Shown here in pieces: positions 8,911 through 17,349 of a stretch of 64,000 nt of DNA; within the stretch, counting starts at the first letter, position 1, and every line of letters begins with the position of its first letter. The position numbers and the translations under genes are program-made. This DNA is from Candidatus Omnitrophota bacterium (GTDB lineage: Bacteria; Omnitrophota; Gorgyraeia; 2-01-FULL-45-10). The notes beneath the pieces are model-generated. The model saw only the letters and a program-made list of their open reading frames with translations. It made no database searches and was not told the origin of the DNA. Where the stretch lies: the NCBI GenBank assembly GCA_041650935.1, contig JBAZKH010000001.1:640911-704910 (forward strand). The letters are read 5' to 3'.

Positions 8911-10420
8911 AAAGTTCTTTCTCCAGTGCCTGTTGTACATCTTTCCTGCCGATGACGCGCAAAAATACGCTGACGACTTTTGGATCAAATTGAGTGCCCG
9001 AATTCTTTTTGATCTCTTCGATGGCGTCGGATATTTTTCTGACCGTGCGGTAGGGCCTCTTTGTAATCATCGCCTCAAAAGCGCTGACGACGGCCATTAT
9101 ACGCGCTCCTATAGGTATCTGTTCCTTTTTTAATCCCTTCGGATATCCGGTGCCGTCATAGTTTTCATGATGGTATAAAATTATAGGGGTCACGGATTTC
9201 AGGGCCTTCAAATGCTTTATCAACTCCACCCCGGCCATCGGGTGGCTCTTCACTATCTCGTATTCCTTGCCCGTAAGTTTAGACGGTTTGGTGAGAAGCT
9301 CGTATGGAACGACTATCTCGCCCGCATCGTGGAGTATGGCGGCGTATTCGAGGCTCTTCACGTTGTCCGCATCCAGATGCATCTCCTGGCCTATCAGAAG
9401 GGCTATCTTCAAAAACGATGCGCGCGGCACGTAGGTGCCTGGCGCGCGGGTATCGAGCACCTTGGCCAGCGACTTGATGCTGCCCATCGTGATCCGCTCC
9501 TGCTCCTTGTAAAGCTGGGCGTTCTTTATCGCTATTACGGCCTGCTCGGCCAGGGTCGATATTATCTCCTGGTCAAACTGGCTGAAAGGTTTCCTGTCTA
9601 TCTTATCATAGACGGTTATGACGCCGATCGTGTCCTCGTCTATCAGCGGAACGGCCAGGTAGTCACGGCCCCGTATGGGCCTGCCGTACTTAAATGCCTT
9701 GCCGGGGGCGTGTCTGCCGACCTTTACTTTCTTGAGCATAACATTCTTTTTGCGCAGGTCCACGGTGGCCTTGGGCAATAATATCTTTCGCTTCGAATCG
9801 ACGAGCTTTATCGAGCATCTATTCGCGCGCATTATCTGCAGGCTGAGGCGCGCTATGCGCGGGATGAGCTCCGTAAGGTCGAGCGTAGAGCTTATGAGCC
9901 GGTGGACCGTGTGGACGGTTGAGAGCGCGATGGCGCGCGGCCGTATCGTTTCGTATAGCTTGGAGAGCTCCAGTTCCTTCTGTATCTCGCGTACGATCGT
10001 ATCCGTGAAAGCGGCGAATATATCCAGAACTTGCGGCGAGACGTCGCGCTTCTTATAACATGACCCTATGTAACCGTATAGCGCGCCCCCCTGGACTATC
10101 GGGTAGATGAAACCGTGCAGGCTGTGGACGCAGGTAAACTTTGTAAGTATTTTTGTTTCGCGGGCCTTCTGGATAACCTTAAATATTATTTTTAGACAAT
10201 CAGTATCCCTGTTTATCGAAGCGCTCTTGTAGTGCGGGCACGTGCAGGATATCAGCTTCTTCAGATCCGCCGGTTTCGGGTTCGGTTTTTCTATCGTCCA
10301 CCAGGATGCCGGATTTATGAGACAGCCGACACATTCCTCTTCCTTCTTCAGGCTCGCGCTCCGCCCGAGCTTATCGAAGAGCTCCTTATGGTATTGGATA
10401 TTATTCTTTTTCTCATCCAT
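8897..10420 (-). CDS. HD-GYP domain c-di-GMP phosphodiesterase with N-terminal Cys-rich region and GAF domain
   Basis: C-terminal HD...HHENYDGTGYP signature. Central GAF-like region. The N-terminus holds at least seven Cys (CVGC, CTC, ...). Confidence 0.85.
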   Translation of the reverse strand: MDEKKNNIQYHKELFDKLGRSASLKKEEECVGCLINPASWWTIEKPNPKPADLKKLISCTCPHYKSASINRDTDCLKIIFKVIQKARETKILTKFTCVHSLHGFIYPIVQGGALYGYIGSCYKKRDVSPQVLDIFAAFTDTIVREIQKELELSKLYETIRPRAIALSTVHTVHRLISSTLDLTELIPRIARLSLQIMRANRCSIKLVDSKRKILLPKATVDLRKKNVMLKKVKVGRHAPGKAFKYGRPIRGRDYLAVPLIDEDTIGVITVYDKIDRKPFSQFDQEIISTLAEQAVIAIKNAQLYKEQERITMGSIKSLAKVLDTRAPGTYVPRASFLKIALLIGQEMHLDADNVKSLEYAAILHDAGEIVVPYELLTKPSKLTGKEYEIVKSHPMAGVELIKHLKALKSVTPIILYHHENYDGTGYPKGLKKEQIPIGARIMAVVSAFEAMITKRPYRTVRKISDAIEEIKKNSGTQFDPKVVSVFLRVIGRKDVQQALEKELYGHK

Positions 10421-10429
10421 AAGGTTTGA

Positions 10430-10843
10430 TTATAAACCGCCCGCGGGGCCGGTGTCAATGCCAAACGACGTATTACCCAGTATTTTTTCGATATGGTCGA
10501 GCAGTTCTTTTATCTTTACCGGTTTAGCCATAAAAGAGTACCCTCCTATAATGCCGCCTCTCTCGGTCACTTCCTTTTCCGTCAAGACCGCTGTCAAAAA
10601 GACCACGGGGGTATTTTTAATCTCCTCGTCTTCCCTGATCTGCATGGCTAATTTATCGCCATTAATGCCGTTCGGCATCATTATATCGAGTAATACCAGG
10701 TCCGGCCTGAACTCCCGGATAAGCTCAAGCGCGCCCACGCCGCTGTTTTGCGTCCGGACCTCATACACACCTCTCGCCTCAAGGGTCATTTTTATCAATT
10801 TTGTGAAATCTTTTTCGTCATCGATAACCAATATTTTCTTCAT
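10430..10843 (-). CDS. stand-alone CheY-like response regulator receiver
   Basis: 137 aa. Receiver motifs ILVIDDE, the phospho-acceptor DLVLLDIMMP, and conserved T and K. Confidence 0.85.
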   Translation of the reverse strand: MKKILVIDDEKDFTKLIKMTLEARGVYEVRTQNSGVGALELIREFRPDLVLLDIMMPNGINGDKLAMQIREDEEIKNTPVVFLTAVLTEKEVTERGGIIGGYSFMAKPVKIKELLDHIEKILGNTSFGIDTGPAGGL

Positions 10844-10855
10844 CCGTCGCCCCCC

Positions 10856-12007
10856 TCACACTCTCTCGTACGGTTCGAAAAATTTCTTATACTCATCGAG
10901 GGCGTAGCGGTCGGTCATCCCGGCAATATAATCGCAGATGACGCGGCGCTCATCCTCTTTTGCAAGCCGGGATTGTGTCGTCGGCGGAAGTTGTTCGGAC
11001 TTCTCCATGTAGATATCGAATAGGCTCGTTATGAAGCGAGCGGCTTTATTCGACATCCTGACGACCCGGTAATGATGGTAAAGATTTTTCGTGAGAAAAT
11101 CCCGCATCGGCATCCTCAGGGCCTGCATGGCCTTTGATACCGTAACTATCCTTTCGGGGATCCCGACAGCGTCCCCCGTCTTGCGTATCTTAAACTTCTT
11201 TATATTGGTTTCGGTCTGGTCGATCACATCGGTGACCTGGAGATCGATCAGCAGGCGGATTATCTGATATTTTTTAACCTCGCCCTTTATGGCCGAGTAC
11301 CGCTTTCTAAAATCCCTCTCTTTGTCAGCCCATAGCTTGATCCCGGACAGATCCTCCTCTTTTATAAGGCCGCTCTTTATCCCGTCATCCAGGTCATGGT
11401 TATCGTAAGCGATCTCGTCGGCTATATCTACCGCCTGGATCTCGAGTATGGGCGAGCCCTTGGATTCGAACGGTATCGCGGGCCTTGGCCGGTCGAAAGG
11501 GGTGGAATGTTTTATTATCCCCTCCCTCACCTCGAAGCTAAGGTTCAGGCCCGGAAAATCGGGATATCTCTCTTCCAGCAGATCCACGACGCGCAGACCC
11601 TGGGTATTATGGTCGAACCCGCCGTAATCCCTCATTATCTCATGCAGGGCGTCCTCGCCGGAGTGGCCGAACGGTGTATGGCCGAGGTCGTGCGCCAGGG
11701 CTATCGCCTCGACTAGATCCTCGTTCAGGCCGAGAGCGCGGGCAATGGACTTCGCTATCTGGGCAACTTCCAGCGTGTGTGTGAGGCGGGTGCGGTAGTA
11801 ATCGCCTTCGTGATTTACAAAGACCTGGGTCTTGTATTCCAGCCTCCTGAAAGCGGTCGAGTATATGATCCTATCCTTATCGCGCTGATAGCAGGACCTG
11901 TACTTGTGCTCCTCTTCTTTATAGACCCTTCCCTTGGTAAATTTACTCCTTTGCGCATAGGGCGCGAGCAGATCTTCTCTCTTTTCCAGGTCTTTTCGTT
12001 TCAGCAC
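10856..12007 (-). CDS. dgt: dGTP triphosphohydrolase-like HD-domain phosphohydrolase
   Basis: 383 aa. HD motif HTLEVAQI...LAHDLGHTPFGHSGE typical of the Dgt family. Confidence 0.85.
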   Translation of the reverse strand: MLKRKDLEKREDLLAPYAQRSKFTKGRVYKEEEHKYRSCYQRDKDRIIYSTAFRRLEYKTQVFVNHEGDYYRTRLTHTLEVAQIAKSIARALGLNEDLVEAIALAHDLGHTPFGHSGEDALHEIMRDYGGFDHNTQGLRVVDLLEERYPDFPGLNLSFEVREGIIKHSTPFDRPRPAIPFESKGSPILEIQAVDIADEIAYDNHDLDDGIKSGLIKEEDLSGIKLWADKERDFRKRYSAIKGEVKKYQIIRLLIDLQVTDVIDQTETNIKKFKIRKTGDAVGIPERIVTVSKAMQALRMPMRDFLTKNLYHHYRVVRMSNKAARFITSLFDIYMEKSEQLPPTTQSRLAKEDERRVICDYIAGMTDRYALDEYKKFFEPYERV

Positions 12008-12477
12008 TTGCCGTTACCTTTCAGTATCCTGCACATCGCGTCTAGAGATTCCGATACAACCTTTGTGCCGGCTGTCACAGGCATGAAATTAGTATCGCCA
12101 ACCCATCGCGGCACGATATGGATATGCGCGTGTCCGGCAAATCCGGCCCCGCCTATCCGGCCGACGTTTAATCCGATATTGTAACCATGGGGTTTGAGAT
12201 TCTTGTCCAGGTCGCGTTTCGTCGTATTTACCAATTTCATGAGGTCGATCAATTCGGTATCTGTCAACAGCTCCAGGCTCTTGACATGCCTGTAGGGCGC
12301 CACCATGACGTGGCCGTTATTGTACGGAAACAGGTTCAACATCGAAAATGAATGCGCCGAAGCGCGCAGTAGATACCTGGTCTTTGACCGCGGGTTCTTA
12401 TTGCCGCAGAATATGCACTTCTTATGTTTGCGAAGATATATATATTTACTGCGCCACGGCGCCCACAACTTATCCAT
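12001..12477 (-). CDS. HIT-family nucleotide hydrolase/transferase
   Basis: Histidine triad HAHIHIV. CxxC near the N-terminus. Confidence 0.75.
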   Translation of the reverse strand: MDKLWAPWRSKYIYLRKHKKCIFCGNKNPRSKTRYLLRASAHSFSMLNLFPYNNGHVMVAPYRHVKSLELLTDTELIDLMKLVNTTKRDLDKNLKPHGYNIGLNVGRIGGAGFAGHAHIHIVPRWVGDTNFMPVTAGTKVVSESLDAMCRILKGNGKC

Positions 12478-12508
12478 GTCAACCTTTCTTTAAGTACTAA
12501 ATCCGAAG

Positions 12509-13321
12509 TTATTTTTCATTCTTGAGTTTCTCTTCCGCGTCTTTAAAGAACGGCCTGGCAAACTCGGTCGCCCAGGTCCGCTCTGCGAAAGACCTTTCCG
12601 AAACCATCTTCTGAAACCGTTTGAATTCTTCATGGTAGCTCCCGTAGATGTGGAAGCTGTCGCTTATATCGACATATCTTCCGACGGAAACCGGAGCGCC
12701 CAGCCCCTCCGATATCCGCCCGGCCATGACCCTCTGCAGGTCGGTAAGGGCAAATATATTCATGAAACTTGCTTTGAAAGCGTCTCGCGAGCGCCAGTGC
12801 GTATTCATGTTCAGCGCATACCGTTTATCGTCGAGCCTGACAAGACGGCACCATATCCGCTGCAGGCACGGCGGATCGTCGGTGACGGGATCCGTCTTGG
12901 GGTTCCAGGTTATGCCCTGGGCGCGTCTCGAATACGGCGTCTGGATAAGCCTCCTGATAATGTAATCGATCTGGTCCACCCGCATACCCTCTATAGGATA
13001 ATCCGTCAATCTCTGGTGATAGGTGTATGTCCACTTACCCTCCTCGGGCTTTATCCAGTGGTCGTGGATACCAAGGACAACCTCCTGCCGGTAAACTTCC
13101 AGGTCCTCCAATCCGCCGGGAAACGCCCTGTGGATCCTCGGTTCCTTCATAGGCTCATTAACGACCATAATCATCGTGCAATCCTTGCTAAGAGGGTCGC
13201 CGGCTTTATCGTATTCCGTCTTTATATCGAGGCCGCCTGTCCATGTCGCCATTACCGCATGCTCCCATGCCTCGGGCAGCGTGACCCCTTCGACCTTTAT
13301 AACCGGTATGTCGTTTATCAT
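12509..13321 (-). CDS. thymidylate synthase (ThyA) family enzyme, divergent
   Basis: 270 aa. RRAQGITWNP, DPPCLQRIWCRL (catalytic Cys) and the RSRD motif align with ThyA family landmarks. Membership in a dUMP/dCMP hydroxymethylase subgroup cannot be excluded. Confidence 0.7.
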   Translation of the reverse strand: MINDIPVIKVEGVTLPEAWEHAVMATWTGGLDIKTEYDKAGDPLSKDCTMIMVVNEPMKEPRIHRAFPGGLEDLEVYRQEVVLGIHDHWIKPEEGKWTYTYHQRLTDYPIEGMRVDQIDYIIRRLIQTPYSRRAQGITWNPKTDPVTDDPPCLQRIWCRLVRLDDKRYALNMNTHWRSRDAFKASFMNIFALTDLQRVMAGRISEGLGAPVSVGRYVDISDSFHIYGSYHEEFKRFQKMVSERSFAERTWATEFARPFFKDAEEKLKNEK

Positions 13322-13800
13322 ATTTTAATTATCTTCCCTTCTATCTTTTTATCGGTTATCTCAAGGATACCGTATGTATTAATTTGCGCAAAGACCTTGT
13401 CGGTAGGGCTGCCGGGATTGAAAAATAGCACCCCGCTCTTGACAATGTTGACTGCCGAATGCGAATGGCCGAATATTATCGCATCTACATCTTTAAATTC
13501 GGACTCGACCGTGTCGAGCATATTCGCAGGAGCGCCATAACCGTGGATGAGCCCTATCCTGAATTTACCCGCCTCGAAGACCTCTTTCGGCTGCAGTATA
13601 TTTCTCAGTTCCGGCGAATCCATGTTTCCGCAAACGGCCTTCATCGGCCGCATAGTTTGCAGTTTTTCGAAAAAATCCTTTTCCACAAAATCTCCGGCGT
13701 GAACTATCATATCGACGCCTTCTATCGCCTTATAAACGGCTTCGGGCATGTCGTGTGCCGCGCGCGGGACATGGGTATCGGAAAGCACCAGTATCTTCAT
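13318..13800 (-). CDS. YfcE/MJ0936-family metallophosphoesterase
   Basis: MKILVLSDTHV, GDFV and GHSH motifs in a 160-aa protein. Confidence 0.85.
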   Translation of the reverse strand: MKILVLSDTHVPRAAHDMPEAVYKAIEGVDMIVHAGDFVEKDFFEKLQTMRPMKAVCGNMDSPELRNILQPKEVFEAGKFRIGLIHGYGAPANMLDTVESEFKDVDAIIFGHSHSAVNIVKSGVLFFNPGSPTDKVFAQINTYGILEITDKKIEGKIIKI

Positions 13801-15449
13801 AAAGCGACCATTCTCTTCATTCCATACGAAACAAAAAGTTTATTTATGATATCGCCGTCCCAGATGGCTATCTTAAGCTCTTTTGCGAGCAATTTTGCGT
13901 TCTCATCTATCCCTTTAAGGGCCAGCAGGACTTTGTTCGAGATCTTATATTCCGATGCTTTTGCGTTCTTAATGAAGCTTATTATATCTCCCTCATTTAT
14001 GGGCCGGTCATATACCTGGACCAGCCAATAACTGCCCCTGAAAGATGCGGCGATCATCGAAGTCAAGTCCGGCAGGGCCTTGACATCGACCTTCGTGAAG
14101 TGAGGAAGGCGGATAAGCCTGGAATCGATCGATACCATTTCGTTGGCGAAAAGATTGAAGAGCTCCGAGACCCGCCTGGCAGAAGATTTAGAGCATTCGT
14201 TCACATAGTCGGAAATGTGCAGGGCTATATCCTTCCGAAATAGCTCCATCCGGTCGAACGTCCCGTCTACAAGGATCTCTTTGCGCCGCTGGTAGACCGA
14301 TTTGAGCCAGAACGCAAGCATCGCATCCCCTATTTCGTAGAATACCCCGTTCTTCGAAAGGAGCCCTAACTCGGTCATACGCGACAAGCTCTTCGACAGG
14401 TCGCCATGCTTGGTCTTGATTTCACGCGCTATGCCGGATTGGGTGTTACGTCCTCTGGCTATCGCTATAAGGATACCCAGATGTTCGTCCCGGTTCTTTG
14501 TATCGAGGATGCTGAGCACAAAATTCATAAGATACTGGTGGATCACGCCGTTGGCATGGTAAACGAGTTCCAATATCGATTGGGCGAGAATATCCTGATC
14601 GACGCAGGTCGACGGGCGCTCCAGGGCGATATCGCGGGCCCTGAGCAGTATCCGGCCAAGGTAGAACGGATTCCCATCGGTAAACATTATGAGGAATTTC
14701 TTCAGGGCCGCGCTTGTTTCGAGCCCGGCGAACTTCATATCGATAAATCTTGCCGCGGTCCTGATATCGAAGTTCGCAACTTTTACCACCTCGAAATTCC
14801 CGAAAAGGAGAGAAAGTTTTTCCGAAATTATCTTCTTTATAGCCTCGTTACGCGAACTGGATACTATGTACATTGTATCCTTCTGCACCATTATTACCTT
14901 ACCGAAGCCCAGGAACGGATTCTTGATCCCCAGATGTTCCAGGTTGTCGAATTCATCCAGTATCACGACACAGGAAAGGCCCGACTCTTCTTTCAGCGTC
15001 GAGGTCAGGCCGAGGAGCCCCGTATAGGCCTCTTCGGTGTCACCTTTCTCTATCGAAGCGATCACCTGTTTTGCCGTCTGGCACGTCTTAGGAAGAGCTT
15101 TTTGCGCAAGATCCAAAAGCCGCGCTATCTCCGGTTCGGCGGGCTGTCCCAGCTTTTTAAGCGAATTATACAGCACCGTGGCGATAAATTTGTTTGCGAA
15201 GACCCTGAACGGTTCTTTCACCACTTCCATATAGACAGGTATCAGGCCTTTGGAATCGACGGTATGCAGGAAATGGAGGATGATCGAAGACTTGCCGGAA
15301 AGACTCTGCCCGGTGAGCGCGACGTTCTGCCTGTAGCCGTCTCTAAGGGCCAGGACGCGTTTATTGAGAAGTTCAAGCACTTCCTCGCGGCCGAAAAACT
15401 TTTCCCCCATAACCGGTTCGCTAAACATTCTGTTACGCTCTCCTGTCAA
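13797..15449 (-). CDS. AAA+ ATPase of the archaeal-ATPase (PF01637-like) family with C-terminal wHTH/DUF234-like region
   Basis: 550 aa with a TTG start. Walker A GQSLSGKSS and Walker B VVILDEFDNL. The C-terminal third looks like a restriction-endonuclease-like/wHTH fold. Confidence 0.7.
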   Translation of the reverse strand: MTGERNRMFSEPVMGEKFFGREEVLELLNKRVLALRDGYRQNVALTGQSLSGKSSIILHFLHTVDSKGLIPVYMEVVKEPFRVFANKFIATVLYNSLKKLGQPAEPEIARLLDLAQKALPKTCQTAKQVIASIEKGDTEEAYTGLLGLTSTLKEESGLSCVVILDEFDNLEHLGIKNPFLGFGKVIMVQKDTMYIVSSSRNEAIKKIISEKLSLLFGNFEVVKVANFDIRTAARFIDMKFAGLETSAALKKFLIMFTDGNPFYLGRILLRARDIALERPSTCVDQDILAQSILELVYHANGVIHQYLMNFVLSILDTKNRDEHLGILIAIARGRNTQSGIAREIKTKHGDLSKSLSRMTELGLLSKNGVFYEIGDAMLAFWLKSVYQRRKEILVDGTFDRMELFRKDIALHISDYVNECSKSSARRVSELFNLFANEMVSIDSRLIRLPHFTKVDVKALPDLTSMIAASFRGSYWLVQVYDRPINEGDIISFIKNAKASEYKISNKVLLALKGIDENAKLLAKELKIAIWDGDIINKLFVSYGMKRMVAL

Positions 15450-15463
15450 GCGGTGAAGTAGAA

Positions 15464-16117
15464 TCAGTGCGGCAGATAGTATGCCGGATTCTGCGGTTCA
15501 CCGTCCCTGCGTATCTCGAAATGGAGCATCGGCGTCCTTGCCCGCCCCGTCCTGCCTACCTTTGCTATAACCGTATTCTGCGCGACCTGTTCGCCGACCT
15601 TGACAAGTATATCCGAATTATATGAATATACCGTTTGATAGTTGTCGCCGTGGTCGAGAATTACCGTCTTACCGAAACCTTTAAGGAACTGATCGCAATA
15701 GACAACCTTGCCGGATCGGGCGGCGCGGACACCCGCGCCATCCGCCGCCTTTATATCGATGCCTTTATTCAGCACATTTTCTGTCATGGCCCCATACGGA
15801 ACGGTCAGGGCGCCTCTTACCGGCCATATGAAGAGCTCGCCGGGAACATTCCGGCTTGCTTCCGCCTCGGGCAGGGCACCTGAACGCGGGATGAGGAGCG
15901 CCTGTCCGTTTTCAATAACACCGTTCGTGTAGAGAATCGGGTTCGCTTTTATAAGGCTCTGCAGATGCACCCCGTACCTCCTGGAGATGCTCCAAAGGGT
16001 ATCGCCGTGTCTTACCGTGTGGTATAAAGCGCCCGGCACCTTCCGCGTTTCTACCGGCGTCTCCCGCTTTGGAACCGTTGCGCATCCGGAGAGAAATGCC
16101 AGTAACAAAATTGTCAA
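15464..16117 (-). CDS. LysM + M23 family peptidoglycan endopeptidase (lipoprotein)
   Basis: LysM segment HTVRHGDTLWSISRRYG and M23 motifs HGDNYQTVYSY ... HFEIR. The longest ORF (to 16231) runs through the tRNA-Gly gene, so the start is placed at a TTG giving MTILLLAFLSGC (lipobox). The exact start is uncertain. Confidence 0.8.
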   Translation of the reverse strand: MTILLLAFLSGCATVPKRETPVETRKVPGALYHTVRHGDTLWSISRRYGVHLQSLIKANPILYTNGVIENGQALLIPRSGALPEAEASRNVPGELFIWPVRGALTVPYGAMTENVLNKGIDIKAADGAGVRAARSGKVVYCDQFLKGFGKTVILDHGDNYQTVYSYNSDILVKVGEQVAQNTVIAKVGRTGRARTPMLHFEIRRDGEPQNPAYYLPH

Positions 16118-16146
16118 TAGTCTAACTGCTGACGGGCGCAGCAGAA

Positions 16147-16221
16147 TGGAGCGGGTGAAGGGAGTCGAACCCTCGTATCCAGCTTGGGAAGCTGGAACAC
16201 TAGCCGTTGTGTTACACCCGC
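16147..16221 (-). tRNA. tRNA-Gly (anticodon CCC)
   Basis: Minus-strand GCGGGTGTAACACAACGGCTAGTGTTCCAGCTTCCCAAGCTGGATACGAGGGTTCGACTCCCTTCACCCGCTCCA. Cloverleaf with a 7-bp acceptor stem, anticodon loop TTCCCAA, T-arm GGTTCGACTCC, and encoded CCA. Confidence 0.9.
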
Positions 16222-16245
16222 AATTTGCCATTGTCTTGATCCCGC

Positions 16246-17145
16246 TTAAAATTTCGTTATCGAACTGAAATGCTTGTAACGCTCCTCAATCTCGCCGGTA
16301 GTAATCTCAAGCATCCTGTCGATACTAAAATCCTCGACGGCAAATGACGCGAGGATGCTTCCATATATTACGCTCTTGCGGATATTGGCCTCATTTATCT
16401 TACCCGCCTTGCTCAGGTATCCTATCATTCCGCCGGCAAAGGTGTCTCCGGCGCCGGTCGGGTCATAGACGGTCTCGAGGAGATAGGCCGGGGCTATGAA
16501 ATGCGTATTTTTCGAAAAATATATAACCCCATGCTCGCCTTTCTTTATGATGACGGCCCTCGGTCCGAACGATATAATGACGCGCGCCGCCCTCATAAGA
16601 TTGGGCTCGCCGGTAAATTGCCGCGCCTCCGAATCGTTAAGGAGTATTATGTCGACCTTGTCGAGAAGCCGCTCGAACTCTTTCTTTTTATGCTCGAGCC
16701 AGTAGTTCATCGAATCGCAGGCAACGAGTCTGGGCCTGGTAACCTGCTTCAGGACGCTATACTGCAGTTCCGGGTCGATATTTGCGAGGAAGACGAACTT
16801 CGAATCCTTAAGCGCGCGCGGGACCTCCGGACGGAAGTCCCGGAAAACATTTAGGTGCGTCGAAACGGTATGCGCGGTATTCAGGTCATAATCGTACCAG
16901 CCCTTCCACCTGAAGGTCTTCCCTTTCGCGATATGGATACCCTTGGTGCCGATGCCTTTCGTCTTGAATAGGGTCAGGTATTTTTTCGGGAAATCTTCGC
17001 CCACCGTGGCGACGATATTTACTTTGCTGAAAAATGATGCGGCTATAGAAAAATAAGTGGCGGAGCCGCCCAGCGCTTCCAGCCTCTCGCCGAACGGCGT
17101 CTTCACCGAATCTATCGCTACCGAACCGACAACCAGTATGCTCAT
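16246..17145 (-). CDS. PfkB-family carbohydrate kinase, possibly heptose-7-phosphate kinase (HldA / RfaE domain I) by context
   Basis: 299 aa. Ribokinase signature DPTGAGDTFAGG. gmhA and the rfaE adenylyltransferase domain lie 2-3 kb away. Confidence 0.8.
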   Translation of the reverse strand: MSILVVGSVAIDSVKTPFGERLEALGGSATYFSIAASFFSKVNIVATVGEDFPKKYLTLFKTKGIGTKGIHIAKGKTFRWKGWYDYDLNTAHTVSTHLNVFRDFRPEVPRALKDSKFVFLANIDPELQYSVLKQVTRPRLVACDSMNYWLEHKKKEFERLLDKVDIILLNDSEARQFTGEPNLMRAARVIISFGPRAVIIKKGEHGVIYFSKNTHFIAPAYLLETVYDPTGAGDTFAGGMIGYLSKAGKINEANIRKSVIYGSILASFAVEDFSIDRMLEITTGEIEERYKHFSSITKF

Positions 17146-17157
17146 CTTTTTCGCTCC

Positions 17158-17349
17158 AAATTTTTCGTATCAGTCGAATGTGATGTGTCGATGTGGTTCG
17201 CTGCCATAAAAAATTTTAACGCCTTAGCTCACTACATCGCCACGTCACATTTTCACTATGAACCGTAATAACTTCCTCGCTCCTCCGGTAACTATTTCCA
17301 CCCCGGGGTGGAAATATCTTTTCCCCGCTTTCGCAAGAACGAAAAATTT
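17158..17349 (+). repeat. MITE-like intergenic repeat, copy A (TIRs AAATTTTTCG/CGAAAAATTT; ~30-bp imperfect inverted arms; distal palindrome TTCCACCCCGGGGTGGAA)
   Basis: Direct sequence comparison with the copies at ~20132-20300 and ~42793-42934. A and C share about 80% identity over the arms, including identical arm mismatches. Confidence 0.6.
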
